A DNA stretch of 64,000 nucleotides from Candidatus Latescibacterota bacterium (GTDB taxonomy: Bacteria > Latescibacterota > UBA2968 > UBA8231): NCBI GenBank assembly GCA_965217585.1, contig OZ244561.1, positions 6,368,001-6,432,000 of the forward strand. The letters are read 5' to 3'. The notes under the pieces are model-generated. The model was not told the origin of the DNA and searched no databases. It saw nothing but the letters and a program-made list of their open reading frames with translations. Positions 1 through 10,991 of the stretch are shown piece after piece (the stretch's first letter is position 1; the number at the start of each line of letters is the position of its first letter). Both the position numbers and the translations under genes were made by a program.

Positions 1-537
1 CTCTGCGGGCGAAAGAAAGTAATCTCGCTCGGTGACCAGTTCGATGCGCTCGAGCGGCTGGCCGGTATCCTGGACTAAGATCTGGTTGAGCCGGTCGCGC
101 CACTCGACGATTTCGCGGGCGTGGATTTCGATGTCGGCCGCTTGGCCACGGACACCTCCCCAAGGCTGGTGCAGCATGAGCCGAGAATGAGCAAGGGCGT
201 GGCGCTTGCCCTTGGTCCCGCCGGCGAGGAGGATCGCGCTCATGCTGTACGCTTGGCCGATGCAGAGGGTCGCTACGTCGCAGGGGACGTACTTCATGGT
301 GTCGTAGATGGCCAAGCCGGCCGTGAGGCTGCCGCCGGGGCTGTTGATGTAGAGCGAGATGTCTTTCTTGGGATCTTCTGAGGTCAGAAAGAGCAGTTGA
401 GCGATGACGAGGTTGGCTTCGTGGTCGTCGATCGGGGTGCTGATGAAGATGATCCGCTCCTTGAGGAGGCGCGAGAAAATGTCGTAGGCGCGCTCACCGC
501 GGCCGGTCTGTTCGATTACTACGGGTACGATTGCCAT
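1..537 (-). CDS. clpP: ATP-dependent Clp protease proteolytic subunit (3' end runs off window)
   Basis: Not in the ORF track. Manual minus-strand translation from ATG at 537: [31 protein letters not shown]...LYINSPGG...GQAYSM...RLMLHQP...[10 protein letters not shown]; ClpP motifs with catalytic Ser/His/Asp. Confidence 0.95.
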   Translation of the reverse strand, partial: MAIVPVVIEQTGRGERAYDIFSRLLKERIIFISTPIDDHEANLVIAQLLFLTSEDPKKDISLYINSPGGSLTAGLAIYDTMKYVPCDVATLCIGQAYSMSAILLAGGTKGKRHALAHSRLMLHQPWGGVRGQAADIEIHAREIVEWRDRLNQILVQDTGQPLERIELVTERDYFLSPAE

Positions 538-581
538 GTGCTATTCTGTCGTGAGAAGAGAGTCTATTCGCTGGTTAATGG

Positions 582-610
582 ACTATAGGCGATGCCCAAT
601 ATAGTGTCAA
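582..610 (-). promoter_or_regulatory. sigma70-like promoter for clpP
   Basis: Minus strand TTGACA (610-605), 17-bp spacer, TATAGT (587-582). Confidence 0.6.
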
Positions 611-630
611 TGGGGCACCGCGCAGATTGG

Positions 631-659
631 TTGACCTCGCTATGGAGGCACGGTACATT
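631..659 (+). promoter_or_regulatory. sigma70-like promoter for coaE-gcvT-gcvP
   Basis: TTGACC, 17 bp, TACATT; divergent from the clpP promoter. Confidence 0.45.
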
Positions 660-770
660 TTATCCCGTTCGCAGCACGTCGTTGCCCACCGAAAGTCAAT
701 CCCTTAATCCACTGCAAGGCATAGTGGTACGATTTTTTGAGTTCTGTTGCTTGGCCTTGGCTGGCCGAGG

Positions 771-1397
771 GTGCGCGTGCTCGTAGGCATTACCGGCGGC
801 ATGGGTGCAGGCAAGTCCGCACTGGCGCAGATGCTCACCGGATTTGGTGCGCTGCGGGTTGATGCCGACGAAGTGGCCCGCGAAGTGGCGACAATCCCAG
901 CGGTAATAGAGAATCTGCAAGCGGCATTCGGCCGTGATCTGCTCGGCCCAGACGGGCGCTTGGACCGCCAAGAGTTGGGGCGTCGCGCCCTGCGGTCAGA
1001 CGAGGCGAGCCAGCGATTAGAGGCGATTATGCGGCCGCCACTGGCAGCGGCCATAGAGCACCGGCTGGCGCAGGCTGTGGAGGAAGCCGGCGGTGGGATC
1101 GTGATATTTGACGCGCCGCTGATATACGAGTGGGGAAACGAGGGGAACTTCGACCGGATCGTGGTGGTCGATGCTGAGGAGGAACGATGCGTGTCGAGGG
1201 TGCAGCAGCGCAGCGGTTTACCAGTGTGCGAGATTAGGCAGCGGATGGCCCGCCAGATGGATCCACAAGAAAAAAAGGCCCGCGCCGACTTTGTCATCGA
1301 CAACAACGGAGGCTTGGCCGCGCTTGCCACACAGGCGGAAGTGCTATGGGCCAAATTAGTCAGCGCCGCGCAGGGAAGAGACAGCCATGACAAATGA
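771..1397 (+). CDS. coaE: dephospho-CoA kinase
   Basis: GITGGMGAGKS P-loop, VDAD, LDRQELG, DAPLIYE, ADFVIDN. Start (GTG 771 or 777) is uncertain. Confidence 0.93.
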   Translation: MRVLVGITGGMGAGKSALAQMLTGFGALRVDADEVAREVATIPAVIENLQAAFGRDLLGPDGRLDRQELGRRALRSDEASQRLEAIMRPPLAAAIEHRLAQAVEEAGGGIVIFDAPLIYEWGNEGNFDRIVVVDAEEERCVSRVQQRSGLPVCEIRQRMARQMDPQEKKARADFVIDNNGGLAALATQAEVLWAKLVSAAQGRDSHDK

Positions 1398-2496
1398 ACG
1401 CTTGCGGCGGACGCCCCTCTATGAGGTCACCGTCGCCGAAGGCGGGCGCATGGCGCCCTTTGGCGGGTGGGAAATGCCGGTCCAGTTCGAGGGCATCCGC
1501 CGCGAACACTGGGCGGTGCGCCGAGCGGCTGGGCTGTTCGACATATCGCACATGGGCCGAATCGCCATTTCCGGGGAGCGCGGGTTGGCCTTCCTCGACA
1601 GCCTCTTGCCGGCGCGGGTCCGCGAATTGACGATCGGCCAGATGCTCTACGCACCGCTGTGCAATGAACGGGGGGGATGCGTGGACGATCTGGTGGTCTA
1701 CCGGCTCGCACAGCAGGAGTACCTCTTGGTGGTCAACGCGAGCCGGAAGGCCGCTGACTGGCAGTGGATTACCGCGCACGCAGCGGGTTGGTCGGATGTG
1801 CAAATCGAGGACTTGAGCGATGAACAGGGCATGGTAGCGGTGCAGGGGCCACAGGCCGCCGCCCTAGTCGAAGCACTCGCTGGACCGGCTAGCGTGGCGC
1901 TAAGGTACTATCGCTGCGCAGTGATGGAGATCGCCGGGATACGAGCGTTGCTCAGCCGCAATGGCTACACCGGAGAAGACGGGTTTGAGATCATGTGCCC
2001 GGCCGACCAAGTCGCTGCGTTGTGGGCGAAGCTCCGCGCGGCCGGTGCCCAGCCTTGTGGGCTAGGTGCACGCGACACCTTGCGCGTCGAGATGGGTTTT
2101 TGCCTCTATGGCCACGAATTGAACGAGCAGACAACCCCCCTAGAAGCGGGTTTGGCCTGGACCTTGGACTTGAAAAAAGAGGCGAATTTTGTCGGGGCTG
2201 AAGCGCTGCGGGCGCAGGGCACGGCCGGAGGCTATCGCCGCCTGCGCGGCTTCCGCCTGCTGGAAAGGGGGATTCCCCGGCCGGATTATCCGGTTTTCGA
2301 CCAGCGCGAGGAGCAGGTGGGTACCGTGACCAGTGGGACGCACTCGCCGGTACTCGGCGAAGGGATCGGACTGGCCTATTTGCAGAGCGGTGCCCAAAAA
2401 ATAGGCACTCAGGTGTACATCGGCATGAAGGGCAAGCGGCAACCCGCCGTTGTGGTCAAGCTGCCCTTTGTACCTTCGGCCCTTAAAAAGGACTGA
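1387..2496 (+). CDS. gcvT: glycine cleavage system aminomethyltransferase T
   Basis: [42 protein letters not shown]. Confidence 0.96.
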   Translation: MTNERLRRTPLYEVTVAEGGRMAPFGGWEMPVQFEGIRREHWAVRRAAGLFDISHMGRIAISGERGLAFLDSLLPARVRELTIGQMLYAPLCNERGGCVDDLVVYRLAQQEYLLVVNASRKAADWQWITAHAAGWSDVQIEDLSDEQGMVAVQGPQAAALVEALAGPASVALRYYRCAVMEIAGIRALLSRNGYTGEDGFEIMCPADQVAALWAKLRAAGAQPCGLGARDTLRVEMGFCLYGHELNEQTTPLEAGLAWTLDLKKEANFVGAEALRAQGTAGGYRRLRGFRLLERGIPRPDYPVFDQREEQVGTVTSGTHSPVLGEGIGLAYLQSGAQKIGTQVYIGMKGKRQPAVVVKLPFVPSALKKD

Positions 2497-2502
2497 ACTG
2501 CA

Positions 2503-2535
2503 ACGTCTTCACCGCTGCCTTTAGGCAGTGCAACG
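2503..2535 (+). repeat. short palindromic element, family I (intergenic copy)
   Basis: ACGTCTTCACCGCTGCCTTTAGGCAGTGCAACG; stem CTGCCT/AGGCAG; TGCAACG directly repeated at 2499 and 2529. Confidence 0.6.
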
Positions 2536-2543
2536 GAGGTCGC

Positions 2544-5426
2544 ATGAGCGACGAATTTGGACCTAGCGATGTTTTTGTCCGCCGGCATATCGGCCCCACG
2601 GCCGCAGATGTGGCCGCCATGCTCGCAGCCGTGGGGGCCGCCAGCTTGGACGACCTCATGGCTGAGGCCCTGCCGGCGGCGATTCGGATGCAAGGTCCCT
2701 TGGCGATGGGAGAAGGCATCAGCGAGTACGAGCTAATAGGGCGGTTGCGAGAATTAGCCGGCCAGAATCGCATATACCGCAGTTTTATTGGCATGGGTTA
2801 CTCAAACTGCATAACCCCTCCGGTTATCCAGCGCAACATCTTGGAGAATCCAGGCTGGTACACCCAGTACACGCCCTACCAGTCCGAAATCGCCCAAGGG
2901 CGGCTAGAGGCCCTGCTCAACTTCCAGACCATGGTCGGCGACCTGACGGGTTTTTCCTTGGCCAATGCCTCCTTATTGGACGAAGCCACGGCCGCGGCCG
3001 AAGCTATCGCCATGTTGCGGGCGGTGCAAAAGAAAAACGCCAGCCAGCGAGTCTTTGTCTCGTCGGCCTGTCACCCGCAAACTATAGCAGTGGTCAAGGT
3101 CCGGGCCGAGTCGCGGGGGTGGGAGGTTGTAGTAGGCGATCATCGAGAATGGGATTTTGCGGCCGGAGCTTTCGCTGCCTTGCTCCAGTACCCGGCCTCA
3201 GACGGCGCTCTATACGACTATGCCGACTTCTGCGCTCAGGCTCACGCCCATCAGACGCTGGTGTGCGTGGCGGTCGATTTGCTTGCCCTGTGTTTGCTGC
3301 GGCCTCCCGGGGAGTTTGGGGCCGATGCGGCCATCGGGAGCGCGCAGCGCTTTGGCATGCCAATGGGATACGGCGGCCCACACGCGGCCTTTTTGGCGAC
3401 GCGACCTGAGTTCCAGCGGCAGGTACCTGGGCGCATCATTGGCGTCTCCGCAGATGTCCGCGGCCAGCCCGCCCTGCGCATGGCCCTGCAAACCCGCGAA
3501 CAGCACATCAAACGAGAACGGGCTACGAGCAACATCTGCACGGCCGAGGTCTTGCCGGCTGTGGTGGCGAGCATGTACGCGGTCTATCACGGGCCGGACG
3601 GGTTGCGGCGCATAGCCCGCCGCATACACCGCCAGGCGCGGGCGCTCGCCCGCGGGCTGGAGGAAGCCGGCTACCGAGTCGTCCACGACCCCTACTTCGA
3701 CGCGCTGCGCGTTGAGGTGGGGGCGCGGGGAGACACGCTGCTGACACAGGCGCGGGCCGAGGGGATGAACTTTCGCGATCTGGGGGACGGGCACTGGGGC
3801 ATTGCCCTCGACGAAACGACGCATAAGGCCGATTTGCAAGCCATCCTCGCCTTGCTGGGCGGCAAGCTCCCCACCCAAGTCGATGCAGAGACTGCTTGGG
3901 CACCTGTCCACGGCCGCCACTCGCGCTTCATGGAGCATCCGGTCTTTGCCGCGCATCACTCCGAGACCGAGATGATGCGCTACATGCGTCGGCTTGAAGC
4001 CAAGGATATGTCCTTGGTGCACGCGATGATTCCCCTCGGCTCGTGTACCATGAAGCTCAATGCGACCGCGGAAATGATGGCGATTACTTGGCCTGAATTC
4101 GCGGCGCTGCATCCATTTGCACCCGTAGAGCAAGCCCGGGGTTACGCGGCGATTTTCGCCGAAATGGAGGACATGTTGCGCGAAATCACCGGCCTCAAGG
4201 GTATTTCGCTGCAACCCAATGCAGGTTCGCAGGGCGAATACGCCGGCCTACTCATCGTGCGCAAATACCACCGGATGCGCGGAGAAGCCCAGCGGAACGT
4301 CTGCCTCATTCCGGCCTCGGCTCATGGGACGAACCCAGCTAGCGCGGCTATGGCTGGGTTGGACGTGGTGGTCGTCGCCTGTGACGCCGAGGGCAATATC
4401 GACTTGGCAGACCTGCGGGCGAAGGCCGCCACACACCGCGAGCGGCTGGCGGCCCTAATGGTGACATATCCATCAACCCATGGGGTGTTTGAAGAGGCCA
4501 TTGGCGAAATCTGCGCGGTCGTCCACCAAGCGGGCGGGCAGGTCTATATGGACGGTGCCAATATGAATGCCTTGGTGGGATTGTGTCGGCCCGGGGAAAT
4601 CGGCATTGACGTGTGCCATTTGAATTTGCACAAGACCTTTTGCATCCCCCACGGCGGGGGCGGCCCGGGGATGGGGCCTATTGCCGTGGCCGAGCACTTG
4701 GTCGAGTTCCTGCCCTCGCACCCTCTCATTCACACCGGCGGGGCCGAAACGCCCCATCCGCCGCCTTCAGGCGGTGAATCGATTGGCCCCATTGCGGCCG
4801 CTCCGTGGGGCAGTGCCTCGATTCTGCTCATATCTTGGGCGTACTTGCGGCTAATGGGTGGCGCGGGCCTCGCCGAAGCAACGCAGGTAGCGATCCTCAA
4901 TGCCAATTACCTGAGCAGCCGTCTCGCGGATTCCTTTCCCGTGCTATACAAAGGACGCAACGGGCGCGTGGCCCACGAGTGCATCCTCGACCTGCGCTGG
5001 GCGCGGGAGTACGGCATTGGCGTAGAAGACGTAGCTAAACGGTTGATGGACTACGGGTTCCACGCCCCTACGGTATCCTTCCCAGTGGTCGGGACCCTGA
5101 TGGTTGAACCTACCGAGAGCGAGTCCAAGGCCGAATTGGACCGGTTTTGCGAGGCCATGATCGCCATTGGCGGCGAAATCCGGCAAGTAGCTGCCGGGGA
5201 GATGGACCGCGCCAACAACCCGCTCGTCCACGCGCCGCACCCCTTGGATGTCGTGCTGGCCGTCGAGTGGGATCGCCCTTATTCTAGAACCGTTGCCGCC
5301 CTGCCGGCTCCTTGGCTGTTAGAGCGCAAGTTCTGGCCGGCCGTAGGGAGACTGAACGACGCGCAGGGCGATCGCAACCTGATCTGTTCCTGTCCACCTG
5401 TAGAAACGTACTTACAAAAGGAATGA
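2544..5426 (+). CDS. gcvP: glycine dehydrogenase (decarboxylating), P protein, single-chain
   Basis: [33 protein letters not shown]-lysine motif [28 protein letters not shown]. Confidence 0.97.
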   Translation: MSDEFGPSDVFVRRHIGPTAADVAAMLAAVGAASLDDLMAEALPAAIRMQGPLAMGEGISEYELIGRLRELAGQNRIYRSFIGMGYSNCITPPVIQRNILENPGWYTQYTPYQSEIAQGRLEALLNFQTMVGDLTGFSLANASLLDEATAAAEAIAMLRAVQKKNASQRVFVSSACHPQTIAVVKVRAESRGWEVVVGDHREWDFAAGAFAALLQYPASDGALYDYADFCAQAHAHQTLVCVAVDLLALCLLRPPGEFGADAAIGSAQRFGMPMGYGGPHAAFLATRPEFQRQVPGRIIGVSADVRGQPALRMALQTREQHIKRERATSNICTAEVLPAVVASMYAVYHGPDGLRRIARRIHRQARALARGLEEAGYRVVHDPYFDALRVEVGARGDTLLTQARAEGMNFRDLGDGHWGIALDETTHKADLQAILALLGGKLPTQVDAETAWAPVHGRHSRFMEHPVFAAHHSETEMMRYMRRLEAKDMSLVHAMIPLGSCTMKLNATAEMMAITWPEFAALHPFAPVEQARGYAAIFAEMEDMLREITGLKGISLQPNAGSQGEYAGLLIVRKYHRMRGEAQRNVCLIPASAHGTNPASAAMAGLDVVVVACDAEGNIDLADLRAKAATHRERLAALMVTYPSTHGVFEEAIGEICAVVHQAGGQVYMDGANMNALVGLCRPGEIGIDVCHLNLHKTFCIPHGGGGPGMGPIAVAEHLVEFLPSHPLIHTGGAETPHPPPSGGESIGPIAAAPWGSASILLISWAYLRLMGGAGLAEATQVAILNANYLSSRLADSFPVLYKGRNGRVAHECILDLRWAREYGIGVEDVAKRLMDYGFHAPTVSFPVVGTLMVEPTESESKAELDRFCEAMIAIGGEIRQVAAGEMDRANNPLVHAPHPLDVVLAVEWDRPYSRTVAALPAPWLLERKFWPAVGRLNDAQGDRNLICSCPPVETYLQKE
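4749..4781 (+). repeat. family I palindromic element, in-frame inside gcvP
   Basis: ACGCCCCATCCGCCGCCTTCAGGCGGTGAATCG; stem CCGCCT/AGGCGG; encodes [11 protein letters not shown]. Confidence 0.5.
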
Positions 5427-5427
5427 G

Positions 5428-6435
5428 ATGAGTCAGAAACGCGCCTTAATCACCGGCATTACCGGCCAGGACGGTTCGTACTTGGCCGAATTACTGCTGG
5501 AAAAGGGCTATGAGGTCTTTGGGCTAGTTCGTCGCAGTAGCACGGTCAATTTCGAGCGGATCGGCCACTTGCAGGACAAAATCGAGCTGATCTCCGGCGA
5601 TCTGTTGGACCAGAAGTCGCTGGCCTCGGCGCTGCAGGCCGCGCGGCCGCAGGAAGTGTACAACCTGGGCGCCCAGTCCTTTGTGCCGGTCTCTTGGGAG
5701 CAGCCCATGTTGACCGGCGAAGTAACCGGCTTGGGCGTGACGCGGCTGCTCGAAGCCATCCGCTCCTACGACGAGAACATTCGCTTTTACCAAGCCAGCA
5801 CCAGCGAATTGTTCGGCAAGGCGCAGGAGACGCCGCAGAACGAAAAGACGGCTTTCTATCCGCGCTCGCCTTACGGGGTGTCCAAGCTCTACGCGCATTG
5901 GATCACCATCAACTATCGCGAGAGCTACGGCCTGTTCGCCTGCACGGGCATTCTCTTCAATCACGAGTCGCCGCGCCGCGGGCGCGAATTTGCCACCCGC
6001 AAAATCACGTATGGCGTGGCCCGCATCAAATGCGGGCTGGACCAAGAGCTGCGCCTCGGCAACCTCGAGTCCCGCCGCGATTGGGGCTATGCGGGCGACT
6101 TCGTCCGCGCGATGTGGATGATGCTCCAGCAGGACGAACCCGACGATTACGTCATCGCCACGGGCACCACCCGCACCATTGGCGAATTCTGCGAGGTCGC
6201 CTTTGCCCACGCCGGCTTGGACTGGCGGCAACACGTGGTCGTGGATGAGCGCTTTATGCGCCCCGCAGAGGTACATATCCTGTTGGGCGATTCGACTAAG
6301 GCGCGGGAAAAACTCGGTTGGGTACCCGAGGTCGGCTTTGAGGAGATGGTACGGCAGATGGTTGACTGTGACTTAGAGCAGGTGGCCCATCAGTCGGCCC
6401 CAGTACTGAGGCCGGACTGCCCGGCGCGGCGGTGA
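5428..6435 (+). CDS. gmd: GDP-mannose 4,6-dehydratase
   Basis: [53 protein letters not shown]. Confidence 0.96.
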   Translation: MSQKRALITGITGQDGSYLAELLLEKGYEVFGLVRRSSTVNFERIGHLQDKIELISGDLLDQKSLASALQAARPQEVYNLGAQSFVPVSWEQPMLTGEVTGLGVTRLLEAIRSYDENIRFYQASTSELFGKAQETPQNEKTAFYPRSPYGVSKLYAHWITINYRESYGLFACTGILFNHESPRRGREFATRKITYGVARIKCGLDQELRLGNLESRRDWGYAGDFVRAMWMMLQQDEPDDYVIATGTTRTIGEFCEVAFAHAGLDWRQHVVVDERFMRPAEVHILLGDSTKAREKLGWVPEVGFEEMVRQMVDCDLEQVAHQSAPVLRPDCPARR

Positions 6436-7154
6436 TAGCGGCGGCTGAACTTGCGGATCTGGCCGCATATCGTCTGAATCGCCCGCACATCGCGAACTTC
6501 CAAATCGACCTTGTTGAAGAAGCGGCGCAGCACTCGGCCGAAGTGATCCGGCTCGTTGTTGTACGGGGTAAACTCTATCTCGGCAAGGGCTTGCAGGATC
6601 TGGGCGTACATTTGCTCGCGCTCGCTGGCTGTAGCCAGGTGCACAGGCGGGTCCGGCGGCTTTTCGCCCACGGCCGCATACAGGCCATAGGCGAGCAGGA
6701 GCACGGCATGGGAGAGGTTGAGGGAGGGATAGGCCACGGCCGTGGGGAACCTCAGCACTTGGTGGCAGAGTGCGAGTTCCTCGTGCCACAAGCCGTCCCT
6801 TTCACGCCCGAACACGAGGGCAATCCGGCGATGATGTACCTGAGAGGCTAGTTGGGCAATCAGAGGCTCCGGCGCGGAAGTAACCGTGCGGAAGCGGCCC
6901 TGCCGATGGGTGGTGCCGACGACGATGTGGCAATCAGCCACGGCTGCCGCGAGGCAGGGAAATACTTGGCTGCCGTCGAGAATATCGCCCGCGCCGTGGG
7001 CAAAGGCGCGGGCTTCCGGCGTATCCCACGTCCCGGGATTGACCAAGGCCAACTGGCTTATGCCCGTGGTTTTGAGCACGCGGGCTGTAGCGCCGATATT
7101 ACCGGGCGTCGCTGGCTCGACGAGCACGACGCGGATGTTGTCGAGAGGATTCAT
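6390..7154 (-). CDS. trmJ: RNA methyltransferase, TrmJ/LasT (SpoU) family
   Basis: [40 protein letters not shown]. Start reassigned to ATG at 7154. Confidence 0.88.
   Translation of the reverse strand: MNPLDNIRVVLVEPATPGNIGATARVLKTTGISQLALVNPGTWDTPEARAFAHGAGDILDGSQVFPCLAAAVADCHIVVGTTHRQGRFRTVTSAPEPLIAQLASQVHHRRIALVFGRERDGLWHEELALCHQVLRFPTAVAYPSLNLSHAVLLLAYGLYAAVGEKPPDPPVHLATASEREQMYAQILQALAEIEFTPYNNEPDHFGRVLRRFFNKVDLEVRDVRAIQTICGQIRKFSRRYHRRAGQSGLSTGAD
6391..6419. repeat. family II palindromic element in the gmd/trmJ 3' overlap
   Basis: CAGTCGGCCCCAGTACTGAGGCCGGACTG; CAGTACTG-centred hairpin. Confidence 0.5.
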
Positions 7155-7194
7155 GCGGCTCGCCAAACTAAACCAAGAAGGACACTGCGCGCCA

Positions 7195-8457
7195 ATGTAC
7201 ACCGCAGGCGAACTCACCCGGGTCCAACTCGCAGCCGGCGTCTATTTGCACTTGCATAGCATTAAGTTGTACAAGACGATCCGGGTGGACGTATGTATGA
7301 GCACACCCCTGTGTGCGCCGCGGCATTCGTTCGTGGCCCTGAGCAGCCGACTGCTGGCTCGGGGCACGCACAAGCTGCCCGATGTACAGAGCCTCAACCG
7401 CTTTATCGACGACCTCTACGGGGCGCATTACTCGGTTCAAGTCGATCGCTTAGGCGAGCATCAGTTCATTCACTTGTCTCTAGAGATCATAGACGACAAC
7501 TTCCTCGGGGAGAAAGGAATATTGGTACGTGGTTTGTCTTTCCTCCGCGATGTCCTCCGCGATGGCAGTGGATTCCAGCGCGATTATCTGGAGCGAGAAA
7601 AGTATCGCCTCATGCGGCAAATCACCGATGGCTTCAACGATAAGCTGGGCTACGCACAAAGGCGGTGCAGCGAAGAGATGTGCCGGGGCGAACCCATGGG
7701 TCTGTCGCCGCTGGGCAACCCCGCGGATTTTGCCTCCGTACGGACCGACGAGCTATGGGCTTTCCATCGCGAGCGAACGGCGGCCGACCGCCTAGACCTC
7801 TTCGTAAGCGGCGATCTGCACTTGGAGCAGATTCGGCCCTTGATGGAGTCGCTCTTTACTTGGGAGCGTGCCGCGAGCCAGCCCCAGCCCCAGCCGCCGC
7901 GCCCGCGCATTGCTGGGCCGCCGCGCGAGATTTTTGAATGCCAAGAGGTGCGAGAGGCGAAAATGGTGTTGGGTTATCGCACTCAAATTGCTTATGACGC
8001 AAACTACTATCCGGCTTTGGTACTCCTAAACCTGATGCTCGGCGGCGATGGCCCATCGCGGCTGTTTAAGCACCTCCGCGAAGAGGAGGGCTTGTGCTAC
8101 TACATCGCATCGCATATCGAGTCATTGAGCGGGTTGCTCTTCGTGGCCGCGGGTATTGAGGCCGCCGCGTACCCCGAGGTTCGGGATAGGGTAGAACAGC
8201 AGTTCCAAGCGCTGCGCGCCGGGGCTTTTGAACCCCGGGAAATCGAAGCAGCCCAGCGCTTGCTCAGGGCGCGGCTGTTGGGGCTGGCCGAAGATCGCGA
8301 GGGCTTTTTTCGCTATCAATTGCGGGAAGGGCTGATAGGAGGCGACCAGTCCCCGGAAGCGCTGTGGCAGCGCATCGAGCAAGTCGGCGTCGAGGAACTA
8401 ACTCATGTGGCCGGTGGTATCGCCGCGGACACGGCCTTTCTATTGCACGGGACGTGA
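7195..8457 (+). CDS. M16-family peptidase-like subunit, non-catalytic (YmfF-like)
   Basis: LLARGT, MLGGDGPSRLFKHLREEEGLCYYIAS; no HxxEH motif. Start reassigned to ATG at 7195. Confidence 0.85.
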   Translation: MYTAGELTRVQLAAGVYLHLHSIKLYKTIRVDVCMSTPLCAPRHSFVALSSRLLARGTHKLPDVQSLNRFIDDLYGAHYSVQVDRLGEHQFIHLSLEIIDDNFLGEKGILVRGLSFLRDVLRDGSGFQRDYLEREKYRLMRQITDGFNDKLGYAQRRCSEEMCRGEPMGLSPLGNPADFASVRTDELWAFHRERTAADRLDLFVSGDLHLEQIRPLMESLFTWERAASQPQPQPPRPRIAGPPREIFECQEVREAKMVLGYRTQIAYDANYYPALVLLNLMLGGDGPSRLFKHLREEEGLCYYIASHIESLSGLLFVAAGIEAAAYPEVRDRVEQQFQALRAGAFEPREIEAAQRLLRARLLGLAEDREGFFRYQLREGLIGGDQSPEALWQRIEQVGVEELTHVAGGIAADTAFLLHGT

Positions 8458-8461
8458 GAGC

Positions 8462-9748
8462 GTGATCGCGGATGTGCTATTGGGGGAAGTCGTGTACCGC
8501 AGCCGCTTAGGAGGCGGCCTCGATGTATGGGCGGTGCCGCGGCCAGGCAGTCGGCAAAAAGCGGCGGTGTTGTACATAGACTACGGTTCGGTCGATCTAC
8601 ATGTACGCGCCAGCGACTCCGGGCAAGTACAGACCACACCTGCTGGAACCGCGCACTTTCTCGAACACCGCCTTTTTGCCAAACCCTACGGCGACATTAC
8701 CGAGCAAATCAACCGCCTCGGTGGCGATGTAAACGCCAGCACCAGTTTTACTTCAACCGTCTTTTCCCTGACGTGCATTGAGCATTTTGCCGCCCACCTA
8801 GGTTTGCTCTTCGAACTTGCGTTGGACTTGCACGTCCTGCCGGCTGGCGTCGCTCAGGAGCGCGAAATCATTGACCACGAGCTACAGATAAGCTGCGACG
8901 ACCCGGAATGGGTCGGGTTTTTGCGCGGCCTCGAGGGATTGTACCAGGATGTCCCCTTGGCGTGGGACATGGCCGGCACGCAGGAGAGCATCGGGCAGAT
9001 CGACGCGGCCACGCTAACCTGTTGTCACGAGGTCTTTTACCGGCCTGAATATATGGGGCTGTATTTGTGCGGGGATTTCGACGTCGAGGCCACTTGCGCG
9101 GCCGTCGAGTCCACCTTGCTAAAGTACCACCGGCCCCTCCCCGCATGGGACCGAGTGAAGCGGCCGGTGGTGTTGCCGGCTCCTCAGCCGCTCGGGGCCT
9201 TGGCACTGCCGGTCAGCCGGCCCTATACCTTGCTGTTTTTCGGCGACGACAAGACGGGCCGGTCGGGCCGCGACTTGCTCCTGCGGGAATTGGCCTTAGA
9301 ACTGGCTTTGGACATTGCCTTGGGGCCGGCAAGCGACTTTTTTGCCGCGCATTACGAAGATGGTCTGATCGACGGCGACGCCTTTGGGGCCGAGGTCTAT
9401 GCTGAGCCAACGTTCTGCTTTTGCACGGTGGGCGGATACACCCAGCAGAGCGAGCGATTGTGCGAGGAGATAGGTGCCGCATTGGTCGGCCTCGACGAGC
9501 GCGTTGTGGCCGCGGATCTGGGCCGCGCCAAGCGCAAGGCCTACGGCCTGCTGCTGCGCGCGTGGGAGCAAGCTGAGGATGTGGCCGATATGCTCTGCTC
9601 CGCCGCGGCTAGCGGGGCTGCGCCCAGTGTCTATTTTGACGTACACGAGCAGGTCGCGGTCGGCGACGTCCTCGAAGTGCTGGAGAGCTGCCTGTCGCCA
9701 GCGCACCTGAGCGCGATGCAGATTGTGTCCACGGGACGCGCGGAGTAA
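8462..9748 (+). CDS. M16-family zinc peptidase (YmfH-like)
   Basis: YGSVD, PAGTAHFLEHRLF (HxxEH), NASTSFTST, EREII. GTG start at 8462 is inferred. Confidence 0.88.
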   Translation: MIADVLLGEVVYRSRLGGGLDVWAVPRPGSRQKAAVLYIDYGSVDLHVRASDSGQVQTTPAGTAHFLEHRLFAKPYGDITEQINRLGGDVNASTSFTSTVFSLTCIEHFAAHLGLLFELALDLHVLPAGVAQEREIIDHELQISCDDPEWVGFLRGLEGLYQDVPLAWDMAGTQESIGQIDAATLTCCHEVFYRPEYMGLYLCGDFDVEATCAAVESTLLKYHRPLPAWDRVKRPVVLPAPQPLGALALPVSRPYTLLFFGDDKTGRSGRDLLLRELALELALDIALGPASDFFAAHYEDGLIDGDAFGAEVYAEPTFCFCTVGGYTQQSERLCEEIGAALVGLDERVVAADLGRAKRKAYGLLLRAWEQAEDVADMLCSAAASGAAPSVYFDVHEQVAVGDVLEVLESCLSPAHLSAMQIVSTGRAE

Positions 9749-10734
9749 TGGCCGACAAAATATATCGCTATTGGATCGCGGTGCCGAGCGGGTTGGAGGC
9801 GGTGGCACTCGACGAACTGCGCGAGCACGCGCCCGAGGTGCAGCAGGTCGAAGTCGAACCGGGCGGGCGCGTGGGCCAGATTTTCTTCACGTACAAACGC
9901 AGCCCGGGGCGGCTGCTACAGCTACGCTCGGCCGTGCAGTGTGCTGGTTTAATTGGCCAGATGCACGGTGTTACGGTAGGTCGCCCGGGCCTTGAATACA
10001 TCTGCAAACGCATCGCCCGCTGCGATCTGACGCCAGTCAAAAGCCTCGCGCAGGCCCAGTCCGCTGAGATTGACACCCATGCTTTTGCCCTGAGCGCGAC
10101 GCTGCGGGGTCGGTATCGGTTCAGCGCGGCCGAGCTGACCGCAGCCGTGACCGAGGTTTTGCGCGATAAGCACGGGTTGCGTCTAGGCAAAGGGCCACAT
10201 GTGTTGCGGCTTCACTTACAACTGACCGGGCGACGTGCCCTGTTGGGGCTGCGGCTGGGAACGGGCGCCGCGCCGAATGCGGCCGTGGCGTATTGCTTGG
10301 CCCGCTTGGTGGCCATGCAGCCGGGGGCATGCGTCCTGTGGGCGCGCCGCGATCTTGGCGAGTTGGCCGCGCTACAAGAGGCGTTTGCGCCGCGCCTGCT
10401 AGTAGGTGTCCGAGCACGCCTAATCGCCGCGCTGGATCATCTGCCTCTTGTGGGCGCGCGTCTCGATTACGCGTTCAGCTTGGCCGGAGAAAACCTCGCC
10501 GCTGAACTGGCCGAATTGGCGCGGGTGTTGCGAGCAGGCGGAATCGCCGTGATCCAAGTCGCCGATTTCGATCACTTCATCGCCCTTTTGGAAGCCGGGG
10601 ACTATCCTCTGGAAGTCTTGGCCGACTTGGAGATGCACGAGCGCGGGCGGGCGTATCGGCTGGTCGTTCTCGAACGTTTGGAAGAGGCCGAGCCTCGGCT
10701 CTTACAGGTGGAGCGGTGGAGTTGGGAAGCCTGA
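9748..10734 (+). CDS. THUMP-domain / RNA methyltransferase-like protein (degenerate)
   Basis: N-terminal GLEAVALDEL is typical of THUMP methylases; C-terminal ELARVLRAGG; SAM-binding glycine motif is not clear. Confidence 0.5.
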   Translation: MADKIYRYWIAVPSGLEAVALDELREHAPEVQQVEVEPGGRVGQIFFTYKRSPGRLLQLRSAVQCAGLIGQMHGVTVGRPGLEYICKRIARCDLTPVKSLAQAQSAEIDTHAFALSATLRGRYRFSAAELTAAVTEVLRDKHGLRLGKGPHVLRLHLQLTGRRALLGLRLGTGAAPNAAVAYCLARLVAMQPGACVLWARRDLGELAALQEAFAPRLLVGVRARLIAALDHLPLVGARLDYAFSLAGENLAAELAELARVLRAGGIAVIQVADFDHFIALLEAGDYPLEVLADLEMHERGRAYRLVVLERLEEAEPRLLQVERWSWEA

Positions 10735-10991
10735 AGAGAATTCAGCTATTAGACAAGAGGAGTAGATGATGCGCTTTTGTATATGAGCATCCTTTTTGTC
10801 TTCGTTTGCGGCAGGTTCAGCGGCTTGTCGGCTCGGACGATCACGGTCAGCTAGGTCCTAATCGACAACATAGCCTTGATCCGATGAAGAACGTGGTAGG
10901 GACTCGCCATTATTGCGCATCGGTCGGGTTGGTCGGATATTCATTGAACTGAATACGCTTTTTTCAAGTTAACAGCTTCTGAGATGGACTC

